DNA of 39,530 nt from an uncultured Dehalococcoidaceae bacterium (GTDB lineage Bacteria; Chloroflexota; Dehalococcoidia; Dehalococcoidales; RBG-16-60-22), in the NCBI GenBank assembly GCA_964442335.1, contig CAYTZI010000001.1:1-39530 (forward strand), in the 5' to 3' direction. This document shows positions 33,561-39,530 of the stretch, in pieces. Position 1 is the stretch's first letter. Each line of letters starts with the position of its first letter. A program made the translations under genes and the position numbers. The notes beneath the pieces are model-generated. The model searched no databases and was not told the DNA's origin. It saw only the letters and a list, made by a program, of their open reading frames with translations.

Positions 33561-33683
33561 GGTTATCATTTAGCTGACAATAGCAAACAGAACCCCACTT
33601 CTCACCGTTTGATTCCCGTTAAAGTCTGAAAAGCCACGGCCCTTGTGAGCACTGGCGCTTCAAGGTTATAATTAAGCCGTCCA

Positions 33684-35066
33684 ATGCTTAAAGTCGCGCT
33701 GATAAACCCTCCCCAGCATACCCGTTATCCCCAGCCGCCCGTCGGGCTGGCGTTAATCGCCGCCATAGCGGAAAAAGCGGGACACTCCGTAAAGCTCATC
33801 GACACCAACGCGCTCAATCTATCGCCAGAGGACACAGTAGCGCTGGCGTCCGGGGCGGAGGCGGCCGGAATTACCGCCATGACCCCGACCATCGGGCCCG
33901 CCCTGGAGATAGCCAGATGTCTCAAGCAGGAAAACCCCGGTCTGACCATAATCATGGGCGGCGCCCACCCTACCCTGCTGCCCCAGGAGACCCTTATGGC
34001 CTCGCCCGCGGTTGACGTTATCGTCAGAGGGGAAGGCGATGACACGATAATCGAGCTTTTACGCGCTATAGAAGAAAAACGTAATTTTGAGGGAGTCGCC
34101 GGCATCAGCTTCAGGTCCGGAGAAAAAATAGTCCACACCCCGGAAAGGACCTCCGCCGTTGACATGGACTCGCTCCCCTTCCCTGCCTTTCACCTCCTGC
34201 CCTGGCAAAAGTACAGGCCCCACCCTCCTCACGGCATGGCCATGCCTTTTGCCGCCATTGTCACGAGCCGCGGCTGCCCGTACCGCTGCGCCTATTGCTC
34301 CAAGCCAGTCTTCGGCAGCCGGTTCCGCGCGCAGTCTCCCGCCCGCGTCGTCGACGAGATCATCTACCTGAAAGAAAAATTCGGCGTGAGGGAGATAGCG
34401 TTCTACGACGACACCTTCACGCTCGATAAAAAGCGCGCCGGGGACATCGCGGAGATGATAATCGAGAAAGGGCTGAAGATTGCCTGGACCTGCGAGACGC
34501 GGGTGAACCTCGTGGACAAAGAGCTGCTGAAGACCATGAAAAAGTCCGGCTGTTACGCCATCGCCTACGGAATAGAGTCGGCCTCGCCGGAGATAGTCAA
34601 AATCCTGCAAAAGGACATCACCATTGGCCAGGTCGAAAGCGCCGTCCGCGCCACACGCGAAGCGGGAATACAGGTGGTCGGCTACTTCATGCTCGGCTCG
34701 CCCGGCGAAACGCCGGAGACGATACGGCAGACAATAGACTTCGCCAGGAAGCTCAGAGTGGACTTCGCCCAGTTTTCCGTGACCACGCCTTTTCCCGGCA
34801 CGGAGCTTTACGATATCTACATGCGCGGCCGGCAGGAAAGTCCCGCCTGGGAAAGCTTTATCTACGCCGGGACGGACAACCCCACGACGCCTGTCTTCGA
34901 GAGCGACAATCTCACCCGCGACGACCTCAAGGATTGGACGAGGCGGGCCTACCGCGCTTTCTACCTGCGGCCTTCGTACGTGTGGCAGAGGCTGCGGCGG
35001 TGCACCTCATGGGGCGAAATCAGGATGAACCTCAGGGGACTCGGGATGCTGCTCCGGAGCGTATAA
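33684..35066 (+). CDS. B12-binding domain radical SAM protein (class B radical SAM family)
   Basis: N-terminal cobalamin-binding-like domain (MLKVALINPP...PVGLALIAA...), radical SAM motif SRGCPYRCAYCSKP, YFMLGSPGET. Confidence 0.85.
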   Translation: MLKVALINPPQHTRYPQPPVGLALIAAIAEKAGHSVKLIDTNALNLSPEDTVALASGAEAAGITAMTPTIGPALEIARCLKQENPGLTIIMGGAHPTLLPQETLMASPAVDVIVRGEGDDTIIELLRAIEEKRNFEGVAGISFRSGEKIVHTPERTSAVDMDSLPFPAFHLLPWQKYRPHPPHGMAMPFAAIVTSRGCPYRCAYCSKPVFGSRFRAQSPARVVDEIIYLKEKFGVREIAFYDDTFTLDKKRAGDIAEMIIEKGLKIAWTCETRVNLVDKELLKTMKKSGCYAIAYGIESASPEIVKILQKDITIGQVESAVRATREAGIQVVGYFMLGSPGETPETIRQTIDFARKLRVDFAQFSVTTPFPGTELYDIYMRGRQESPAWESFIYAGTDNPTTPVFESDNLTRDDLKDWTRRAYRAFYLRPSYVWQRLRRCTSWGEIRMNLRGLGMLLRSV

Positions 35067-36095
35067 CTAGCCGAGCGCCCAGCGCCGCTTTTCGACGTAC
35101 TTCATGAAGTCGAGCTTTTCCAGCTTGTTAAAGTTATGCCGGGCATCTATCCAGCGCATGGTGCCGGAGCGGCACCGCATCGCGATGGACTGGGTCTGGG
35201 CCCCGCCGCTGAAATAGCGCACCCCTTTCAGGAAGTCGCCGCTGCTAACACCGGTGGCGGCAAAAAATACGTCCTCTCCGTTGACCATGTATTCCGCGTT
35301 ATATACCTTTTCCACATCCTCCCCCGCGGCCAGGGCGGCCTCTTTCTCGGCATCATTGCGGGGCCAGGCCTTGCACTGGATTTCCCCGCCGATGCAACGT
35401 ATCGCCGCCGCGGCCAGCACGCCTTCGGGAGTTCCCCCGACGCCCATCAGCATATCGACATCCGTATCGGGCAGGGCCGCGTCAATGCCGGCGGCAACAT
35501 CGCCGTCGGAAATCAGTTTGACCCTGGCGCCGGCGCTCCTGATTTCCTGGAGCAGGCCCTCGTGCCGGGGTCGGTCCAGCACCACGACGGTTATCTCCGA
35601 TACCTTCTTTTTCTTGGCGATGGAGACGTTCTTGATGTTTTCCGCGACCGGCGCGTTGATGTCGATACTGTCTTTGGCGTCCACCCCGACGACGATTTTG
35701 TTCATGTAAACGAAGCAGCGCGGGCAGTGCATCGTGCCGCGGGAGGAAAGGGCGACGACGGAAATAGCGCCGGGGAGTCCGCGGGCGGTGAGGGTGGTGC
35801 CGTCTACGGGGTCGACGGCGATATCGACCCTCGGCTCGGAGCCGTCGCCGATTTTCTCGCCGATGTAAAGCATGGGGGCTTCGTCCTTTTCGCCCTCGCC
35901 GATGACCACGACGCCGTCCATGCGGACGAACCCGAGCACATTACGCATGGCGGTTACCGCGGACTCGTCGACCAGGTTCTTGTCGCCCCTGCCCAGGTAG
36001 CGGGCCGCGGACATCGCCGCCGCCTCGGTGACGCGCACCAGCTCCATGGCGATATTACGCTCGATGGGATGGTCGGTATTATTGTTGTTCGTCAT
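35067..36095 (-). CDS. glpX: Class II fructose-1,6-bisphosphatase (GlpX type)
   Basis: ...ELVRVTEAAAMSAARYLGRGDKNLVDESAVTAMR...VVIGEGEKDEAPMLYIGEKIG...DIAVDPVDGTT...GVGGTPEGVLAAAAIRCIGG. Confidence 0.9.
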   Translation of the reverse strand: MTNNNNTDHPIERNIAMELVRVTEAAAMSAARYLGRGDKNLVDESAVTAMRNVLGFVRMDGVVVIGEGEKDEAPMLYIGEKIGDGSEPRVDIAVDPVDGTTLTARGLPGAISVVALSSRGTMHCPRCFVYMNKIVVGVDAKDSIDINAPVAENIKNVSIAKKKKVSEITVVVLDRPRHEGLLQEIRSAGARVKLISDGDVAAGIDAALPDTDVDMLMGVGGTPEGVLAAAAIRCIGGEIQCKAWPRNDAEKEAALAAGEDVEKVYNAEYMVNGEDVFFAATGVSSGDFLKGVRYFSGGAQTQSIAMRCRSGTMRWIDARHNFNKLEKLDFMKYVEKRRWALG

Positions 36096-36117
36096 GATAT
36101 CTCTGTCCCCCTTTCGG

Positions 36118-36196
36118 TGGTCGGGGCGAGTGGATTTGAACCACCGACCTCAGCGTCCCAAACGCTGCGCGCTTAACCAGACTGCGCCACGCCCCG
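36118..36196 (-). tRNA. tRNA-Pro (anticodon TGG), CCA encoded
   Basis: Reverse complement CGGGGCGTGGCGCAGTCTGGTTAAGCGCGCAGCGTTTGGGACGCTGAGGTCGGTGGTTCAAATCCACTCGCCCCGACCA. Acceptor CGGGGCG/CGCCCCG, anticodon loop TTTGGGA. Confidence 0.9.
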
Positions 36197-36292
36197 ACGT
36201 AACGATTAGTAACCGGCGGTCGTACCCTGACTGCCGCCAATCACCACTGACAGTATAGACGAGGCGACCAATAGACGCAATATGCATCAGGG

Positions 36293-37525
36293 TTATTCGT
36301 GTAAATCCGGGGTAAGCCTGTCCCGCTCGATAGTGGCCTGCGCCACGCGTTTTCTGGCCACCGGGTCCCTGGCCCATATCATCAGTATGCCCACTATAAA
36401 AGTCATAAGCGCCGGCGCCAGAAAGGGCATATACGTTATGGTTAAATTCCCCGTATAATCAGCCACGTAAGTGACGGCTATCGGGCCGAGGACCATGCCG
36501 GTGTCCCCGATGACGCGGTAGACTCCCATGGATGTTCCCAGTTTACCTTTGGGGGCAACATCGGCTGGCCAGGCCGCGATGGAACCCTGGAGGCCGCTGG
36601 CCAGACCGTAGAAGGCCATAACGAGGAGGAGGCTGCCCATACTTGTCTGGAGCGGAATCAACAACACGACGATGGTGCTCAGGAAGAGGCAAACCATAAT
36701 AGGTATTTTCCGGCCGATTTTGTCCGAGAGCCACCCGGAAGGAAAAACGAGCAGAGAGGTGACAATCGCCGCTACCATCAGCAATATGCCAATCTTGTCC
36801 TCCGAAAGGCCCAGATTCAGAGAGGCATAGAGCGGGAGCAGCGTGGAACGGACGCCGACCCTGAGGAAGAAGAGCGCAAAAACAGAGCAGTTAACGAGGA
36901 GGAACGGGCCGTTCAACAAAACATCGGGGACATCCTTTAGACGGATTTTGGAGCGCGCCTCCGATGATGATTCGGCGGGCTCCTTCAGAGGGATGGTGGC
37001 CAGCAGACCGCAGAAGGCAAACGCAGCATATATGAAGAAGGGGGCGTTCAGACCGAAATGAACGGCGGCATAGCCGCCGATGGTGGGGCCGAATGAAGTG
37101 CCGGCGAATATGAGCCCCGAATACAGGGACATGTACCGCCCCCTGGCTTCACCGGCGGATACCTGGGCCACCCAGGTCGTTGCCGAGGTCACGTAGAGGG
37201 CGGAGCCCACGCCTTCAACAATGCGGGCCAGGATGAGCCAGTGATAGCTACTGGCCATGCCGGCTCCAATTGAAGACAGGATTATCAACATCAGCCCGAC
37301 TATCATGTTGCCTTTCCTGCCGAAACGGTCGGCGAGAACTCCGGCCGGTATATCCATGACCATGCGGGCCAGGGCAAACGCCGAGACCGCCCATCCGATA
37401 AGGGCCACGGGGATGGAGAACGAAAGGGCATACTGAGGAAGAACCGGAGAGATGATGCTGATACCCAGTATCACAAAACCGGAGACCAGCGAGAGGTTCA
37501 GGATTACAAATATTCGTCGTTTCAT
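36293..37525 (-). CDS. MFS transporter (12-TM type)
   Basis: ...PVLPQYALSFSIP...ARMVMDIPAGVLADRFGRKGNMIVGL... (MFS motif A), polytopic throughout. Confidence 0.85.
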   Translation of the reverse strand: MKRRIFVILNLSLVSGFVILGISIISPVLPQYALSFSIPVALIGWAVSAFALARMVMDIPAGVLADRFGRKGNMIVGLMLIILSSIGAGMASSYHWLILARIVEGVGSALYVTSATTWVAQVSAGEARGRYMSLYSGLIFAGTSFGPTIGGYAAVHFGLNAPFFIYAAFAFCGLLATIPLKEPAESSSEARSKIRLKDVPDVLLNGPFLLVNCSVFALFFLRVGVRSTLLPLYASLNLGLSEDKIGILLMVAAIVTSLLVFPSGWLSDKIGRKIPIMVCLFLSTIVVLLIPLQTSMGSLLLVMAFYGLASGLQGSIAAWPADVAPKGKLGTSMGVYRVIGDTGMVLGPIAVTYVADYTGNLTITYMPFLAPALMTFIVGILMIWARDPVARKRVAQATIERDRLTPDLHE

Positions 37526-37646
37526 TACACGGACTCAGGCAGATTTACCCTGAACAGGCTCATATCCATAGACTGAAATCAATGGTTGCTTTGCGGACTG
37601 CGTCCAGGGTGAAGGAAGAATTACGGGACACCGAGTACTGATATAA

Positions 37647-37675
37647 ATTATAGGCGGTTGAACCACTAAAGTCTA
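37647..37675 (-). promoter_or_regulatory. Sigma70-like promoter candidate for the MFS gene
   Basis: On the minus strand: TAGACT (37670-37675), a 17 nt spacer, TATAAT (37647-37652). This implies a ~115-120 nt leader before the ATG at 37525. Confidence 0.45.
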
Positions 37676-37715
37676 GCTAAAATAGGTTTTATTTGCTTTC
37701 AGTTGTCGGTTCCAG

Positions 37716-37893
37716 CCTCACCCCTGTATCCCCTCTCCAGTCTGTTCAGCATGTAGACCGATTTTTAGTCTGGCTGGAGAGGGGAGTCAAGAAGAGAGGG
37801 GGCTTCGCCCCCTCTCAAATTCTTTCCCCCTCTCAAACAGACTTAAGTCTGGACACTTAATATGGACCTGTTTGAGAGGGGGTCAGGGGGTGA
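37716..37893. repeat. Hairpin-rich MITE-like composite element, copy B (~178 bp), inverted relative to copy A
   Basis: Ends CTCACCCCTG...CAGGGGGTGAG. Module 3 is CCCCTCTCCAG (37730-40)/CTGGAGAGGGG (37774-84). Module 2 is GAGAGGGGGC (37794-803)/GCCCCCTCTC (37807-16). Module 1 is CCCCCTCTCAAACAG (37826-40)/CTGTTTGAGAGGGGG (37868-82). Confidence 0.9.
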
Positions 37894-38081
37894 GTATTAA
37901 AAATCAACCATATGCAAACAGAATATTAAAATACTGCGGGCACCCGGCAGTAACTTAGACTGTAATATGGAAAAGCATAAGGAGAAGGGTAAGTAAATTG
38001 CATTTATGATAAACTGATAACAAAGGGCTGAACACAGCTTTAACGACAGGGAAAAACGCCGGCTACAAAACAGGATTTTGC

Positions 38082-39530
38082 GTGACGGACACCGGGGCAC
38101 CAGCGAAAAAGGGACTTGAGCCCAAGTGGCTGATTCTATCAGCAATAATGCTGGGCACCATCATGTCCCCGCTCGATGCCAGCATAGTCAATACCATTCT
38201 TCCTTCCATCACTAACTCATTCCGTACCGATATATCGATAGTCCAGTGGGTGCCCACGGTCTACCTTTTGACCATTTGCTGTCTCATCCTGCTGTACGGC
38301 CGGCTGGGCGACATAGTCGGTCACAAAAAGGTTTTCCTCTACGGCGTAGGTTCATTTATACTGACTTCCATCCTGTGCGGCTCCTCGCAGAACATCTGGA
38401 TGCTCATTATCTTCAGAGCCCTGCAGGGGCTGAGCGCGAGCATGATTATGGCCGTGGGCCTTGCCATCGTCACCGCCGCTTTTCCTACGACCGAGCGAGG
38501 CAAGGCTATCGGCATCTACGCCATCGGCATCTCCGTAGGCCTCGGGCTGGGGCCGTCCCTCGGCGGGCTGATAACCGAATACCTGAGCTGGCGCTACGTC
38601 TTTTTCATAAACGTACCCATCGGGATAGCAGCGCTAATCTGGAGTTCCCGTGCCATACCGACCGGCAGCAAGAACCCGGGACAGCGCCTCGACTGGTACG
38701 GCGCGATAACTTCCCTGATTTTTCTGCTCAGTCTCCTTCTCTATATCAATAGAGGAGAGGACTGGGGCTGGGCATCGCCGCTGTCCCTCGTACCGCTGGT
38801 AGTGGCGGTCGTGTTCGGCGTGCTGTTCTTCTGGATAGAACACACTTCGGCGCAGCCCATGCTCAACCTGGAACTTTTCACCAACCGCAGGTTCAGCTTC
38901 GCCAGCCTGAGCGCCCTTCTAAGCTACATGGCGCTGTATGCCCTGGTCTTCCTGACGCCCTTTTACCTGACGTTCGTGCTGAACTACGACATACTCAAGG
39001 TGGGACTGGTAATGGCGGCTTCCCCCATAATTACCTTGTTCGTGGCGCCCCTGAGCGGCGCGCTCTCGGACAGAATCGGCACCAGATTCCTGGCGGTGTC
39101 CGGCATGTGCGTCGCCGCGCTGGGCCTGTTTTTTCTCAGCCGCCTGCAGCAGTCCGCCCAGGCCTTTGACGTTATATGGCGTATAGCCATTACCGGGCTG
39201 GGAATGGGCATGTTCCAGAGCCCGAACAACAGCGCCATCATGGGAAGCGTGCCGCTGTGGCACCTGGGTATTTCCTCCGGGATACTGGCCGCGATGCGCA
39301 ACGTGGGGATGGTGCTGGGAATAGCTATCGCCGGCGCCGTGCTTTACAACGTGGCCCCGAGCGCGGCATCCATGCACCCGGGTTCCTTCACCGGCGAACA
39401 AATCAGTGAGTTTCTGTCCGGCTTACGCTGGGCCTATACAGCGGGGGTCGTAATAGCAGGCATGGCTGCCCTGACATCTCTTCTGGCCATAAACCCGAAG
39501 AAAGTATCAGACCAGGGGCCTGTCCCGCAG
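38082..39530 (+). CDS. MFS transporter, DHA2 (EmrB/QacA-like, 14-TM) family, 3'-partial. Not present in the supplied ORF track.
   Basis: My own translation of frame 0 mod 3 is open from 38013 to the window end: VTDTGAPAKKGLEPKWLILSAIMLGTIMSPLDASIVNTILPSITNSFRTDISIVQWVPTVYLLTICCLILLYGRLGDIVGHKKVFLYGVGSFILTSILCG...FRALQGLSASMIMAVGLAIVTAAFPTTERGKAIGIY...RYVFFINVPIG...FTNRRFSFASLSALLSYMALY... I propose GTG 38082 (AGGA 6 nt upstream) as the start. The first ATG (38148) would remove part of TM1. The track ORF 38246..38752 is out of frame relative to this. Confidence 0.85.
   Translation, partial: MTDTGAPAKKGLEPKWLILSAIMLGTIMSPLDASIVNTILPSITNSFRTDISIVQWVPTVYLLTICCLILLYGRLGDIVGHKKVFLYGVGSFILTSILCGSSQNIWMLIIFRALQGLSASMIMAVGLAIVTAAFPTTERGKAIGIYAIGISVGLGLGPSLGGLITEYLSWRYVFFINVPIGIAALIWSSRAIPTGSKNPGQRLDWYGAITSLIFLLSLLLYINRGEDWGWASPLSLVPLVVAVVFGVLFFWIEHTSAQPMLNLELFTNRRFSFASLSALLSYMALYALVFLTPFYLTFVLNYDILKVGLVMAASPIITLFVAPLSGALSDRIGTRFLAVSGMCVAALGLFFLSRLQQSAQAFDVIWRIAITGLGMGMFQSPNNSAIMGSVPLWHLGISSGILAAMRNVGMVLGIAIAGAVLYNVAPSAASMHPGSFTGEQISEFLSGLRWAYTAGVVIAGMAALTSLLAINPKKVSDQGPVPQ

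Noticed and set aside
38246-38752. Track ORF 38246..38752(+) (168 aa, Arg/His/Pro-rich) as a gene.
   Set aside because: It is an alternative frame of the real DHA2 MFS gene, which the track omits because that gene has no stop codon in the window.

Overview
This is a bacterial chromosomal window from a probable anaerobe. I cannot assign a taxon from the sequence alone. The gene content (Hdr/Mvh, DapL-type lysine pathway, archaeal-type ApgM, very tight co-directional operons) resembles Chloroflexota/Dehalococcoidia-like or deltaproteobacterial lineages.

Layout:
- 1-5252: a 5'-truncated hdrA-mvhD-mvhG-mvhA-maturation protease operon. hdrA, mvhD and mvhA are each split in the ORF track by a single in-frame TGA that sits exactly on a conserved Cys codon, so I read them as selenoproteins.
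- 5260-7531: a decayed islet next to tRNA-Arg(TCT), with integrase fragments on both strands, a GNAT acetyltransferase and a tiny membrane protein.
- 7633-17573: a small export protein, then a 9.3 kb co-directional housekeeping cluster dxs-pgk-apgM-tpiA-miaA-dapF-dapL-hflX.
- 17574-18718: a 1.15 kb non-coding gap between convergent genes, packed with a T-rich tract and several dispersed repeat/hairpin families.
- 18719-21251: a flavoprotein, two accessory-looking hypotheticals, tRNA-Met(CAT) and a small Cys-rich ORF.
- 21248-30432: a Liv-type ABC importer bracketed by two acyl-CoA ligases, plus a PaaI thioesterase. The LivG-type ATPase is encoded separately on the opposite strand.
- 30635-33217: a GYD protein plus an orphan NarL-type response regulator, a BKACE enzyme, tRNA-Gly(TCC) and a Cys-rich hypothetical.
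- 33295-37893: two inverted copies of a hairpin-rich MITE-like element bracketing a B12-radical SAM gene, glpX, tRNA-Pro(TGG) and an MFS transporter.
- 38082-39530: a 3'-partial DHA2-type MFS transporter that is absent from the supplied ORF track because it has no stop codon in the window.

Most noteworthy:
- The UGA-recoded Hdr/Mvh operon. The [NiFe] large-subunit UGA lies in the N-terminal RxCGxC motif rather than the canonical C-terminal DPUxxC site.
- The families of conserved-stem/variable-loop intergenic repeats.

I saw no CRISPR array, rRNA or intact mobile element. I did not recognise any defence-type or otherwise new multi-gene system.
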